Shown piece after piece: positions 1-10,243 of a stretch of 64,000 bases of DNA. A program made the position numbers and the translations under genes. Below the pieces are notes generated by a model, which worked only from the letters and a program-made list of their open reading frames with translations, was not told the DNA's origin and ran no database searches. The stretch's first letter is position 1. Each line of letters opens with the position of its first letter. The stretch comes from Candidatus Xenobia bacterium (GTDB lineage Bacteria; Vulcanimicrobiota; Xenobia; Xenobiales; QWHO01), in the NCBI GenBank assembly GCA_045863235.1, contig BTUM01000001.1:256001-320000 (forward strand), in the 5' to 3' direction.

Positions 1-254
1 CCATCGGGAGCCAGGAAAACGACCGAAGTCACGACTTGACCGGGCTCGAGCTCGATCCGTCCTGTCAGGACCCGGCCTGGAAGGGCCGGGGCGACATCGT
101 CCAGCGCCCCCCCCGCGGCAGGGTCGGACCCGCTGCAGGCAGTGAGGCTCAGAGAAAGGAGAATCAGACAGAGAAACAGGCGAGCAGGAAGAGTGAACAA
201 AGATGCTCCAGGTGCGAAGTTGACCGATATGATTCGAAAAGGACGGACGGACTC

Positions 255-460
255 CTCTCACAGTTGCATCGCGGAGCGTGTTGAGCGAAGCCAACTCGGA
301 GGGCATACATCCCCAAGGCAGACGGCCGGCAACGGCCGCTGGGAGTCGCGTCTCTCGAGGACAAGACCGCCCAGAGGGCTGTGGTGGAGGGTGGAGGTGC
401 TGAATGCTATCTACGAGGTGGATTTTCTCGGCTTCTCATACGGTTTGCGGCGAGGTCGTT
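255..460 (+). pseudogene. Group II intron reverse transcriptase (IEP) fragment, degenerate
   Basis: Reads [40 protein letters not shown], then in another frame [21 protein letters not shown] (RT motifs 1-2a). In-frame stop at 282-284 and a 7-nt duplication GTGGAGG (384-397) that shifts the frame. Confidence 0.88.
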
Positions 461-612
461 GGGGGTCATGCTCGAGTTCGCCGATAAGTAGAGAGTCGAT
501 TCGCAACAAGAAGATTTTTCTCATCGTCCTGGAGGTACTATCAGCTTGAGGGCCTCCGGTGGAATGTCTTTGCCCAGTTCGAGAGCATTGACGCAAAGAG
601 GTGCTCTTGTGC

Positions 613-1734
613 CTAGCAGGTCAGGGCGGCCGGGTAAGTGAAGTAGCGCCCCAACTGCGGGCCGCGCTGGTGCATGTAGTGGCTCTTGATGTCCACTCCG
701 TAGATCTTGTCGGGCTCCTTGAGCAGCGACTCGTAGACCATCTTGCAGATGGGCTGACCGTGACGGAACAGCACGTCTTCGTGGGGGGCCACTTCGAGCA
801 CGGCGGGAGTTCCCAGCACTTCGCCCTCCTGGCCGTAGCCAAAGCCCGGGTCGAAGAAACCGGCGTAGTGCGAGCGGAACTCCCCGCTGTGGATGTCGTA
901 GGCCACCATCTCGACGGCGTGCATGGGCGGGACGCGGAGAAACTCGCGGGTGCACATGATGTAGAAGTGGTCCCGGCGCAGCAACACCTCCTGGTGACCG
1001 CTGGGCTCCAGGGGGCGAAAGAACTCCTCGGCCGGGTGGGCCTCGGGCGAGGTCAGGTCGACCACCTGCATGGAGGCGATGGCTTCATAGCCCACCACGG
1101 GCTGGTCCAGGTCGACGCTGAGCAGCAGGCCCTTGTCGAACTCGGGATTGAGCTTGCGTCCCTCGCGGTCGTAGACCAGGCCGATTTTCTGGTGGGCCAT
1201 CTCCAGCTCGAGATCGGAGAGCCGGTTGTCGCCGAGCAGGAACCGGGCCTGGTTCAGGCACACCCCGGTGGAGACCCGGATGGGCCAGGAGCGCGGCGTG
1301 ATCATGACATAGGCCTTGCCCCGGTAGCCGGGCGGGATCTTGTCGAAGCGGGGCAGCCGGTCGACCAGCGTGCGCACCCAGATGTTGGTGCGACCGGTGG
1401 AGCTCTTGTTGTTCGTGTAGGCGTGCACCGACTCGGGTAAAGAGAACGACTCCATCAGCTCCAGCACATAGGTGTGATTGAGCTTGAGCACGGTGCTGGA
1501 GGTGAGGTCGAAGCTCTCCTCGGCGGTGGCTTTGAGCGCTTCCTCGATGGTTTCGCCAGCCTTGGGCAGAAAGGCAGCTCGCACTCGATGCCCGCGAGTG
1601 CCCAGGCGCAGGTCCAGGCTGGCGGGTTGGAGGTTCTTGGCGGGCACGCTCAGCTCGGATGTGATGCTGCCGTTATCGAGGAATTCCTGGATGATCTGGG
1701 AGGGAATGGCACCCTGACGACGCATGCCCGTCAA
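613..1734 (-). CDS. dcd: dCTP deaminase (long, duplicated-domain type)
   Basis: LQPASLDLRLG, NKSSTGR and HYAGFFDPGFG motifs; 373 aa. Confidence 0.9.
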   Translation of the reverse strand: MTGMRRQGAIPSQIIQEFLDNGSITSELSVPAKNLQPASLDLRLGTRGHRVRAAFLPKAGETIEEALKATAEESFDLTSSTVLKLNHTYVLELMESFSLPESVHAYTNNKSSTGRTNIWVRTLVDRLPRFDKIPPGYRGKAYVMITPRSWPIRVSTGVCLNQARFLLGDNRLSDLELEMAHQKIGLVYDREGRKLNPEFDKGLLLSVDLDQPVVGYEAIASMQVVDLTSPEAHPAEEFFRPLEPSGHQEVLLRRDHFYIMCTREFLRVPPMHAVEMVAYDIHSGEFRSHYAGFFDPGFGYGQEGEVLGTPAVLEVAPHEDVLFRHGQPICKMVYESLLKEPDKIYGVDIKSHYMHQRGPQLGRYFTYPAALTC

Positions 1735-1757
1735 TCTCCTTCGCTGCGCGGTTCACC

Positions 1758-1835
1758 TATAGGTTTGGGCTACGCTCGCAAGCTCGCTGCGCGCTTCGCT
1801 TATATGTTTGGACTACGCTCGCAAGCTCGCTGCGC
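1758..1835. repeat. Tandem 35-nt imperfect direct repeat (period 43 nt) in the dcd-rodA divergent intergenic region
   Basis: tataggtttgggctacgctcgcaagctcgctgcgc (1758-1792) vs tatatgtttggactacgctcgcaagctcgctgcgc (1801-1835), 2 mismatches. Confidence 0.85.
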
Positions 1836-1917
1836 TTGCAGTTCGCCTTGCGTCGGCGCAAACCTGCGCGTATACTGACGCCCATGCCGATTCCCGCAGG
1901 AGAGCGCTGAGTCGTCC

Positions 1918-3036
1918 GTGCAACGGTTCGACCTGCCACTGGCCCTGGTCATCCTGGTGCTTGCCGGCCTCGGATTGATGGCCATCTACAGCGCCACGGG
2001 TCAGGATCTGTCCCCTGAAGGCGAGTTCCGTCGCCAGCTGCAGTTCGCCCTGCTGGGCCTGGTTTTATTCGTGCTCTGCGCCTGGAGCGATTACGAGACT
2101 TGGGGAAGGCTGCACTGGCTGCTCTACTTGCTGGCGGTCGGCTTTCTGATCGCGGTGGACGTGGCCGGGCACACCGCCCGCGGATCACAACGCTGGCTGT
2201 CGCTGGGCCCGATCGCCTTTCAGCCCTCCGAACTGGCCAAGCTGGCCGTGCTCAACAGCCTGGCTCGCGTGCTGGCCGTCGAGCCAGGGCGCCGGCTCCC
2301 CTGGGGCCAGGCATTGCTGCTGGCCGGAGTGCCGATTCTGCTGATCTTCCTCCAGCCCGACCTGGGCACCGCCCTGGTGGTCGTGGCCGTGTTGCTGGTG
2401 CTGCTCTACGCTCAGGGCGTGAGCCCTCTCTGGCTGGGCGCCATCGCCCTGGCCGGCTTGCTGGCCGGGCCGCTGGTGCTGCACGACTACCAGCGCGAGC
2501 GTCTGCTCACGTTCATGCACCCCGAGCGCGATCCCACCGGCGCCGGCTGGAACCTGATCCAGTCCCAGATCGCCGTGGGATCGGGCGAGATCTGGGGCAA
2601 AGGCCTGTTTCAGGGCACGCAAAACCAGTTCAACTTCGTGCCCGAGCACCACACCGACTTCATCTTCACCGTCATCGCCGAGGAGCTGGGTCTGGTGGGA
2701 AGCGTCTCGGTGCTGCTGCTCTACCTCTACGTGCTCAGCTCGGGCCTGGTCACCGCCCGGGTGGCCCGGGACCGCTACGGAAGCTTGCTGGCTCTCGGTA
2801 TCGTGACGGTGCTCGGATTTCACGTGGTGGTGAACATCGGCATGGTGATCGGTCTGATGCCGGTCACCGGGGTCCCTCTGCCGCTCTTGAGCTATGGCGG
2901 CAGCTCGCTCTGGATCACGATGATCATGCTGGGCCTGTTGTTCTCGATTAGGGCTCGTCGGCCCAAGCGAGAGCCCCTGCCCGAGCCCGAGTTCGGTCTT
3001 CCCGACGACCAGGACCTCCACGACCGCTCGAGCTGA
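1918..3036 (+). CDS. rodA: Rod shape-determining protein RodA (SEDS family)
   Basis: Multi-TM; GSQRWL, FQPSELAK, LQPDLGTA, PEHHTDFIF and TGVPLPLLSYGGSS motifs. Confidence 0.93.
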   Translation: MQRFDLPLALVILVLAGLGLMAIYSATGQDLSPEGEFRRQLQFALLGLVLFVLCAWSDYETWGRLHWLLYLLAVGFLIAVDVAGHTARGSQRWLSLGPIAFQPSELAKLAVLNSLARVLAVEPGRRLPWGQALLLAGVPILLIFLQPDLGTALVVVAVLLVLLYAQGVSPLWLGAIALAGLLAGPLVLHDYQRERLLTFMHPERDPTGAGWNLIQSQIAVGSGEIWGKGLFQGTQNQFNFVPEHHTDFIFTVIAEELGLVGSVSVLLLYLYVLSSGLVTARVARDRYGSLLALGIVTVLGFHVVVNIGMVIGLMPVTGVPLPLLSYGGSSLWITMIMLGLLFSIRARRPKREPLPEPEFGLPDDQDLHDRSS

Positions 3037-3072
3037 GAGGGCTTCCCCCCGGGGCCTTAGAAAGCCAGAGCC

Positions 3073-4725
3073 ATGAACAGAACCATTGTGCGCGCTGCCC
3101 GTGGAATCGACCTCTCCTGCCAGGCCTGGCCACAGGAAGCCGCTCTGCGGATGCTGATGAACAACCTCGACCCGGAAGTCGCCGAAGACCCCGAGAACCT
3201 GATCGTCTATGGCGGCACCGGCAAGGCGGCCCGGAACTGGGAGAGCTTCGAGGCCATCGTGCGCTGCCTCAAGAGCCTCAAATCGAACGAGACCCTGCTG
3301 GTGCAGTCGGGTAAGCCGGTGGGGGTCCTGCCGAGCCACCCGCTGGCTCCCCGCGTGCTGCTGGTGAACTCCATGCTGGTTCCGGCCTGGGCCACCTGGG
3401 AGAAGTTCCGTGAGCTGGAGCGGGCCGGGCTGACCATGTACGGCCAGATGACGGCCGGCTCCTGGATCTACATCGGAACCCAGGGCATCCTGCAGGGAAC
3501 CTACGAGACCCTGGCCGAGTTGGCCCGGCGCCACTTCGGGGGAAGTCTGAAAGGCCGCCTGGTGCTGACCGCTGGCCTGGGAGGGATGGGTGGAGCCCAG
3601 CCCCTGGCCGTGACCTTCAACGAGGGGGTCGCCCTGGTGGCCGAGGTCGATCCTCAGCGGGCTCAGCGCCGCGTGGAGACGGGCTACTGCGACCGGCTGA
3701 CCCACTCGCTGGACGAGGCGCTGGCCTGGGTGGCTCAAGCTCGCGAGCAGGGCGAGGCGCTCTCGGTGGGGCTGGTGGGCAACGCGGCCGAGGTGTTCCC
3801 CGAGGTGCATCGCCGCGGGGTGAAGCCTGATGTGGTCACCGACCAGACCAGCGCCCACGACATGCTGCAGGGCTACGTTCCTCACGGGATCTCGCTGGGC
3901 GAGGCACTGGAGCTGCGCCGCTTTGATCCGGCCGAGTACGAGCGCCGCTCCTTCGCGTCAGCGGCTCTTCACGTGCGGGCCATGCTCGACTTGCAGAAGG
4001 CCGGCTCGGTCGTCTTCGACTACGGCAACAACCTTCGCGCCCAGGCCCAGAAGGCGGGCGTGACCGACGCCTTCGACTTTCCCGGTTTCGTACCGGCTTA
4101 TATCCGGCCTCTGTTCTGCGAGGGGAAGGGTCCTTTCCGGTGGGTGGCTCTCTCGGGCGATCCGGAGGATATCTACGTGACCGATCGGGCCGTGCTGGAG
4201 ACCTTTCCCGAGGACACGGCCCTGCGACGCTGGATTGAGAAAGCCCGGGAAAAGGTCCAGTTCCAGGGCCTGCCAGCCCGGATCTGCTGGCTGGGCTACC
4301 GCGAGCGCGAGAAGATGGGGCTGGTCTTCAACGAGCTGGTGCGCACCGGCCAGGTCAAAGCACCCATCGTGATCGGGCGCGACCACCTCGATTCAGGCTC
4401 GGTGGCCTCTCCCAACCGCGAGACCGAGGCCATGCAGGACGGCTCCGACGCTATCGGCGACTGGCCCATTCTGAACGCCCTGATCAACTCGGTGTGCGGA
4501 GCTCACTGGGTGAGCGTGCACCACGGAGGCGGCGTGGGGATCGGCTACTCGCTGCACGCCGGGATGGTGGTGGTGGCGGATGGCAGCGCGGAGGCCGAGC
4601 AGCGACTGAGAATGGTGCTCAACTCCGATCCCGCGATGGGGGTCTTGCGCCACGCCGACGCTGGCTACGAGCGCGCTCTGGAGGTGGCTCGCGAGCGGGG
4701 CGTGCGGGTGCCGATGCAGGAATGA
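3073..4725 (+). CDS. hutU: Urocanate hydratase
   Basis: [33 protein letters not shown] and [18 protein letters not shown] motifs. Confidence 0.97.
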   Translation: MNRTIVRAARGIDLSCQAWPQEAALRMLMNNLDPEVAEDPENLIVYGGTGKAARNWESFEAIVRCLKSLKSNETLLVQSGKPVGVLPSHPLAPRVLLVNSMLVPAWATWEKFRELERAGLTMYGQMTAGSWIYIGTQGILQGTYETLAELARRHFGGSLKGRLVLTAGLGGMGGAQPLAVTFNEGVALVAEVDPQRAQRRVETGYCDRLTHSLDEALAWVAQAREQGEALSVGLVGNAAEVFPEVHRRGVKPDVVTDQTSAHDMLQGYVPHGISLGEALELRRFDPAEYERRSFASAALHVRAMLDLQKAGSVVFDYGNNLRAQAQKAGVTDAFDFPGFVPAYIRPLFCEGKGPFRWVALSGDPEDIYVTDRAVLETFPEDTALRRWIEKAREKVQFQGLPARICWLGYREREKMGLVFNELVRTGQVKAPIVIGRDHLDSGSVASPNRETEAMQDGSDAIGDWPILNALINSVCGAHWVSVHHGGGVGIGYSLHAGMVVVADGSAEAEQRLRMVLNSDPAMGVLRHADAGYERALEVARERGVRVPMQE

Positions 4726-4787
4726 AGAGGCCAGGCTTGCACGCCTGGCCTGCTCTGATCCGTTGAGCGTTCCATCGGGGACGCGTT

Positions 4788-5426
4788 CTACATCATCTCG
4801 TCTTGCAGCAACTGGATCATCTTGCGGGCATACTGGTCGTTGGGCTCGACCTGCAGGACCTTCTGGAACTGCACCCGGGCCTCTTCGAAATCGCCCAGCT
4901 TGTAGCACATCAGGGCCAGGTTGTAGTGGGCCTCTTTGTGCGTCGAATCGTACTTGAGCGCGAGTTGGAACTCGCTCTTGGCCTGATCGAGAAAGCTCTC
5001 GTTCTCGGACATGGAGAGCCCGAGCATGAAGTGCACGTCGGCCTGCTTGGGATCAGGCTTGTTGGCCCCGTCATCCTTCTTCTTCATGAAGGGGGAGAGC
5101 AGTTGCTCGAGCAGGGACTTTTGCTTCTTCTCAGGCTTCTTGAACAAAGAGGCTTTGTCCATGGCCTTGCTGCGTGCCGAGTTCTTGGAGAAACGGCGCA
5201 TCTGGAACTGCGGCTGGGCGTCGTAAGCCTTGCGCTTGGCGTTATCGTTGAGCGTGTTATAGGCCTCGACGAGCTCTTTCATCTTCTCGTCGGAGACCGT
5301 TTTCATGTCCGGATTGAGGTCAGGGTGGTACTTTTTGGAAAGGTTCCGGTAGGCTTTCTTGATCTCGTCAGGGGGCGAGATGGGGGGAATCGATAGTACC
5401 AAATAGTAGTCCCGCTTGTGAGCCAA
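4788..5426 (-). CDS. J-domain protein with C-terminal TPR repeats
   Basis: [22 protein letters not shown] (HPD motif) plus TPR-like helices ([13 protein letters not shown]). Start placed at TTG 5426 by inference; the ORF track extension to 5813 overlaps the next gene. Confidence 0.85.
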   Translation of the reverse strand: MAHKRDYYLVLSIPPISPPDEIKKAYRNLSKKYHPDLNPDMKTVSDEKMKELVEAYNTLNDNAKRKAYDAQPQFQMRRFSKNSARSKAMDKASLFKKPEKKQKSLLEQLLSPFMKKKDDGANKPDPKQADVHFMLGLSMSENESFLDQAKSEFQLALKYDSTHKEAHYNLALMCYKLGDFEEARVQFQKVLQVEPNDQYARKMIQLLQDEMM

Positions 5427-5542
5427 CCTGAATACGTCTCGCTTTCCCAAAAGTATGGTGATTTGGGCTTCAGCCCGGGAGGGGTGACCGCTTCCATGAT
5501 TCTTTGCGCTCCCGGAGGCTCCTGTTCCTCCTGGGAAGCCGA

Positions 5543-6349
5543 CTATCCGGCCAGAAAAGCTTCCATCCCCACGGCCGCAAGACCGAGTTCCACCCGAAGG
5601 CTCTGCTCTGCGCCGGCCACCTGTCCGGATCCTTCCATCACCACACGCTCGATTTCGGGATCGGTGCGCAGAGCGTAGCTCTTGTTGATTTTCTGGTCGC
5701 CCAGTTGCCCTTCCACCAGAACCTGGGCCAGACCGTCTCCACGCTCCAGGCTCGGGGCCAGGCTGGCCTGAGCTTTGTAAGGCAGGCCGCCGACCGTTCC
5801 CCGGACGTCGCACCAGGTCTGGGCCTGGCCAGGCAGGGGATTCTGATCCACCTGGCGGTTCTGCCAGCCCAGGGAATACTGAAGGTCAATCTCCAGCCCA
5901 TTGGCCTTGCCGGTCAGGCGCAGCCCGTGGTCAGTCAGTTTGACCAGGATGTTCTCTTGAACCGCCCCAAAACGTCCGAACAGCCGTACCCGGTCGGAGC
6001 CGACCGGCCGCACGGTCTCGGCCACGGTGCGCTCGTCCACGGTGCCGCGGGCGTCCATTCCCTGCCGGTCGAAGTCGTAGTTGACCTGGGCCACGCGGCC
6101 GTCCAGCACCGCCTTGAGGGTGGGCGCCGCGGCAGCCAGGCCGGCCCCTCCTCCCATGCCGCCGATGACGCTGGCCATCATTACGGTGGCGCACACGGCC
6201 GGGTCGAGGATGGGGAGAAGGGCCACCTCCCGACCGGCATCGAGCAGGGCCTGATCAACCGGTTCGGGGAGCGGGGTCGTGGTTGTTGCCGATGGGGCGG
6301 CCACGGCCGGCCTCGGCTGAGTGAGCGGGAGATGAGCTCCGATGCGCAT
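5543..6349 (-). CDS. Hypothetical protein
   Basis: Open frame; ATG at 6349 overlaps the TGA of the upstream gene (translational coupling). Confidence 0.7.
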   Translation of the reverse strand: MRIGAHLPLTQPRPAVAAPSATTTTPLPEPVDQALLDAGREVALLPILDPAVCATVMMASVIGGMGGGAGLAAAAPTLKAVLDGRVAQVNYDFDRQGMDARGTVDERTVAETVRPVGSDRVRLFGRFGAVQENILVKLTDHGLRLTGKANGLEIDLQYSLGWQNRQVDQNPLPGQAQTWCDVRGTVGGLPYKAQASLAPSLERGDGLAQVLVEGQLGDQKINKSYALRTDPEIERVVMEGSGQVAGAEQSLRVELGLAAVGMEAFLAG

Positions 6350-8010
6350 CAGATCCGCCCTCCCCGAGCCCACAGGTCGATACTGGCTTCATCCAGCACC
6401 ACCACCGCCTGCTCGCTGGTATGGGGGTCGGCCTGGTAGACCGCCTTCTCGTCGATGGGCGGCAGATTCTGGAAGGCGCTGAACTCGGGGCGAGCGGCCA
6501 GGTCGGACTTGATCTTGTCCAGCACGAGGTTGGCCACGACCGCATGGCCGGTATCGCTGGGGTGGACTCCGTCGTAGCTGAAGAGCCCGTCGCGGCCCTG
6601 CTCGTCGAGGGCGCCGGTCATCCCGGTGCCAACCGTCAGGTCCTCACCCTGGCCACGCAGCGCTCGGCCTTCCTGGCGTGCCTGGTTGAAGGCCGAGTGC
6701 ACGTCCACCACGTGGACTCGCCCGTCCAGGCTGGCGGCTTCCTCGATGGCGGCGTTGTAGGACGCGATGCGCGAGCTGATGGTCCCCAACTCGTCCGGGT
6801 CGAGCACGTCGTCCTCACCCAGCAGCGCGTCCTGCGAGGCGATGCGGGCGGCCAGGTCTTCTCGACTGCGCGGAGCTCCCGTGCTGGTGAGCTTCTGTAC
6901 CAGCACGGCCAGATTGACCCGCGTCCCGGGGGGGAACTGGGTGCGCCCTCCCGCCCCCGTACCGGCCACCTGGTCGGGGATGACCATGGTTTCCAGCTCT
7001 TCGGTCACGTCCTCCCCGTTCTTGAGCACCACCCGGAAGGGCAGGTCGCCCACCGGCTTGCCCACCTCGCGCAGAAGCGGCACCACGTGGACGTCGGGAA
7101 TGTTGAGCAGCATGATCTCGGCCCGGGTATCCCGCAGCATGCGGCCTACCAGCCCATAAGGACCCAGGAGCTGCGAGCGGAAGCCCTCTCGCGGCCCCTC
7201 GTCCACTCGGGTGTGGGTCTGGCCCGTAATCGGATTGGCCACCTGGTAGACCCACTGGCGATCCTCGGTCGGGGTGAGCACGGCGTCGTCGATGCGGCCC
7301 GAGAGGATGCCCGCCAGGGCGTCGCTGTTGCCGGCCCAGATGACCGCCAGGTGGGGGTCCTTGGCAATGGCCTGCTCGGCCTGAGAGCCGTTGCCCGCGG
7401 TCTTGCCGTTGCCCAGGGTGGCCCGGATGAGCGGCACCTCCTGGGTCAAGGAAGGCAGACCCTCCAGGCCCTGGTGGACTTCGCGCAGGTAGTCGTTCAT
7501 GGTGTGGGTATCCTGCAGATGGCGCAACTCGTGCCCGGCCATGGCGAAGTTCGACTGGGGGTTCTCGGGAGTGTCCCTGGACTCGAGGGTGCGCTTGCCG
7601 AAGTCAGGCACCGCCTCCCAGACCGGTACCACCCAGTTGGGCGAGCCCACGAAGTGGGTGTAGAGAGCCAGGGGGGCCACCGCCACCCCCAGCTTGAGCA
7701 GTTGGCGCTGGCTCTGGCCCGAATCGGCGTCCTCGCCCTGAAACGGCCCGAAGGGGATGCCCTGACCGCTCAGGTAGGGCATGTTGAATCGGATGCCGGC
7801 GTGGTCGGCCAACTGCTTGACGTAGACTTTCTGCTGGCGGGCTTCGACGGTGACGCCGTCCTGGGCGCCGCTGGTGAACCCGTCGCCCAGGCTGACCATG
7901 CGGAAACCATCCGAGCGCCCCGCTGTGGGAGCCTCGGAGTCGTCGGTGGCCAGAGCGCCCTCCGGGACAGGCCCCCGGCCGGCGACCCCTCCCATGGCTT
8001 GAATGCGCAT
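6349..8010 (-). CDS. SGNH/GDSL hydrolase-like protein (block I Ser appears replaced by Gly)
   Basis: SLGDGFTSG, WAGNSD and DGVHPSDTGH motifs; start inferred at MRIQAM (8010). Confidence 0.75.
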   Translation of the reverse strand: MRIQAMGGVAGRGPVPEGALATDDSEAPTAGRSDGFRMVSLGDGFTSGAQDGVTVEARQQKVYVKQLADHAGIRFNMPYLSGQGIPFGPFQGEDADSGQSQRQLLKLGVAVAPLALYTHFVGSPNWVVPVWEAVPDFGKRTLESRDTPENPQSNFAMAGHELRHLQDTHTMNDYLREVHQGLEGLPSLTQEVPLIRATLGNGKTAGNGSQAEQAIAKDPHLAVIWAGNSDALAGILSGRIDDAVLTPTEDRQWVYQVANPITGQTHTRVDEGPREGFRSQLLGPYGLVGRMLRDTRAEIMLLNIPDVHVVPLLREVGKPVGDLPFRVVLKNGEDVTEELETMVIPDQVAGTGAGGRTQFPPGTRVNLAVLVQKLTSTGAPRSREDLAARIASQDALLGEDDVLDPDELGTISSRIASYNAAIEEAASLDGRVHVVDVHSAFNQARQEGRALRGQGEDLTVGTGMTGALDEQGRDGLFSYDGVHPSDTGHAVVANLVLDKIKSDLAARPEFSAFQNLPPIDEKAVYQADPHTSEQAVVVLDEASIDLWARGGRI

Positions 8011-8085
8011 GGACAGGATACTAGGCTGGTCCTGTCCGGCTTGCCAGATCCAGGATGTTACATCCTCGGTCGGGAATCTGGCCGG

Positions 8086-8358
8086 ATGAAGGTGGCGGCT
8101 GCCCTGCTGGGTTTGTTCTGGTTGGCCACGCTGGTCCCCGCAGCACTGGCCATAGCGGCCACGCCCGTCCTGCTCCAGATGCCGACCCTTCGTTCCTTGG
8201 CCCTGGTGGCCTCGGTCTGGACCTATCCTCTCACTGTGCTGGCAGCTCTGGCGCTGACCTGGCGCGGCTGGCCGCGTGCCCGCCCTCTCTGGCTGCCGGC
8301 CGCGCACCTGGGCCTGGTGATGGCCATCCTGTTCCTGGGCATCGGGGTGGCTCGATGA
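8086..8358 (+). CDS. Small membrane protein
   Basis: MKVAAALLGLFW..., about three hydrophobic segments; stop overlaps the next ATG (ATGA). Confidence 0.65.
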   Translation: MKVAAALLGLFWLATLVPAALAIAATPVLLQMPTLRSLALVASVWTYPLTVLAALALTWRGWPRARPLWLPAAHLGLVMAILFLGIGVAR

Positions 8359-9317
8359 AGCCGTTTCCCGTGCCCTATGACCTGGAGGAGGGCTCTCGGG
8401 TCCTGGTGGCAGGCTGCGGCGGCGGCTACGACGTGGTTTGCGCCCTGCCCATCGCGCTCGAGCTGCGTCGTCTCGGTCACACCGTCCACCTGGCCAGCTA
8501 CGGCTTCACCGAGCTCACCCGGGTCGGGGGGGTGGAGCAGCCGCGCCCGGGCCTCTACTCGATTCACTCGGGCTGTGAGCCGCCTCCCAACGGCTACTTT
8601 CCCGAGGGTTTCCTGAGCAAGTGGTGGGATCGAACTTTCCAAGAGGAGAAGCCCGTTTGGGCCTACCGCCGGGTGGGCGTGCTGGAGCTCAAGGAGCACT
8701 TTGAGTACCTGACCGAGCAGCTTGGCTTGAACGCCATCGTCATCGTGGACGGCGGCGTGGATTCCCTGTTCTTCGGCGATGAGCACGACGAGGGCACCCC
8801 CACGTTGGATGCCATCTCGCTGATCGCCGCTTACGCCCAACGCGATCTGCGCCGTTACTTCGCGCTGACCGCTTTTGGCACGGAGGGCACCGGTCATTCC
8901 GTGCGTCACTACGATGCGCTCGAGCACATGGCTGCCCTGGAGAGGCAGCGTGGAGCCTTGCTGGGAGTCTCGGCGCTGGTGCGGGGCTCGGAGCCGGGCG
9001 AACGGTTCTTGTCGGCCCTGGAGTACATCCACGAGCGGATGGATCGCGTCTGGCATTCCAACATGGCCAGCTCCATCGCCGCCGCCATGCGAGGAGTGTT
9101 CGGGCACGCCCCCATCACCGTCAAGGCCGAGACCACGCCCATCTGGGTCAGCCCGCTGCAGCAGCTTTACTGGTTCTATGAGCTCGACCCGGTGGCCGAG
9201 GCCAAGCCCTATCTGCAGCAGGCTTTGAAGACCGAGGGAGTGGGCCAGATGCAGGCTCTCATTCAGGACTATCGCGACCGGCAGGGGATCAAAGCCTCGC
9301 GCGATATCCCCATCTAG
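8355..9317 (+). CDS. DUF1152-like protein
   Basis: VLVAGCGGGYDV..ALP and VDGGVDSL.FGDE motifs characteristic of this family. Confidence 0.75.
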   Translation: MKPFPVPYDLEEGSRVLVAGCGGGYDVVCALPIALELRRLGHTVHLASYGFTELTRVGGVEQPRPGLYSIHSGCEPPPNGYFPEGFLSKWWDRTFQEEKPVWAYRRVGVLELKEHFEYLTEQLGLNAIVIVDGGVDSLFFGDEHDEGTPTLDAISLIAAYAQRDLRRYFALTAFGTEGTGHSVRHYDALEHMAALERQRGALLGVSALVRGSEPGERFLSALEYIHERMDRVWHSNMASSIAAAMRGVFGHAPITVKAETTPIWVSPLQQLYWFYELDPVAEAKPYLQQALKTEGVGQMQALIQDYRDRQGIKASRDIPI

Positions 9318-9502
9318 GAGCGCGGCCGGCCACAGGGGGGTTTGCGTCCGGACTTCTAGGAGCGCAGCCGGAAACCCCCTTGACACGGTTTTCCGGCTGC
9401 GTGACGCCCAACATGTTGTGCTAGAAGTTCGGCCGCCTACAGTATCTTGTGGTGGCGGAGGTTCCCTCCGACACCACGGGGGGTTTGCGGCCGGACTTCT
9501 AG
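9314..9502. repeat. Intergenic repeat cluster (direct and inverted copies), related to the element near 49514-49568
   Basis: ggggggtttgcg(t/g)ccggacttctag at 9335-9359 and 9478-9502; inverted partial copy at 9421-9436; ctaggagcgc(g/a)gccgg at 9314 and 9357. Confidence 0.8.
9406..9452 (+). promoter_or_regulatory. Putative tandem NrdR boxes
   Basis: GCCCAACATGTTGTGC (9406-9421) and CTACAGTATCTTGTGG (9437-9452) match acaCwAtATaTwGtgt and lie 31 bp apart. Confidence 0.55.
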
Positions 9503-9574
9503 CTAGGCAGGAATCCCTGACCTCGGGTCATGAAGCTGTGCTCGAGTTGATCACGCTGTGAAGGAGCCATCCCC

Positions 9575-10219
9575 ATGAAAGCTTCCCTGTTTGGGGCCGT
9601 GCTGGCCTCGGCCCTGTCCCTGGGCGTCCTGGCTCAGACCGACGACCAGAAAGTTCAGGTGGTGGCTCTGCCCGTGCAGATCCAGGGCGATTACCGTCCG
9701 GTTCAGGCGGATCGCTTTCAGAAGCTGCTCGAGGAGAATGTGGAGAAGCTCGCTCCCAGGGCGGACATGGTCTGGGTGGACCCCAAGGACCCGCGACTTT
9801 CGGGGATCGACCTCAGCTTTTCGATGGATCCCGACCAGGTGGCCGCCATCGGGCAGAGGTTCAAGGCGCCTCTGGTGGTCTGGGTCAGCGTCCATTTCGA
9901 AAAGGAGAGCAAACTGGTCAGCGGCGTCGGTGATCTCAATCCCAACCAGTCCAATCCGGCCGGAGTCCAGATGAGCAATCCCTACCGTTACGTGGTGACC
10001 GTGGGTGGGCTGGGGCATCTGCAGGTGGTGGACGTGGCCAAACAGACCGCTCTGATCGACGGGCCGGTGGCACTGTTTCGCAGCGACGTGACCCAGCACC
10101 CTGATGACGGGGAGGGGTTCGGCGGGTTGGAGGAAGAGCTGGCCGCCCAGTCGACCGACGAGCTGGCCGAGCGCATCGTCAAGGTGGCCCAGAAGTACGT
10201 GCGGGCCAACGAGCCCTGA
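9575..10219 (+). CDS. Secreted hypothetical protein
   Basis: AAGGAG RBS; Sec-type signal MKASLFGAVLASALSLGVLA. Confidence 0.8.
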   Translation: MKASLFGAVLASALSLGVLAQTDDQKVQVVALPVQIQGDYRPVQADRFQKLLEENVEKLAPRADMVWVDPKDPRLSGIDLSFSMDPDQVAAIGQRFKAPLVVWVSVHFEKESKLVSGVGDLNPNQSNPAGVQMSNPYRYVVTVGGLGHLQVVDVAKQTALIDGPVALFRSDVTQHPDDGEGFGGLEEELAAQSTDELAERIVKVAQKYVRANEP

Positions 10220-10243
10220 GCACCCGCGGCCCGGGAAACGAGG

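Noticed and set aside
1758..1835. CRISPR-like repeat
   Set aside because: Two units separated by only 8 nt; no spacer-sized unique sequence.
2185..3885. Long antisense/shadow ORFs (also 601-1440, most of 6421-8358, 14143-16059, 41643-43055, 45352-46686, 51874-54081, 59606-61975)
   Set aside because: They lie opposite well-supported genes and are expected from high-GC codon bias; no recognisable motifs.
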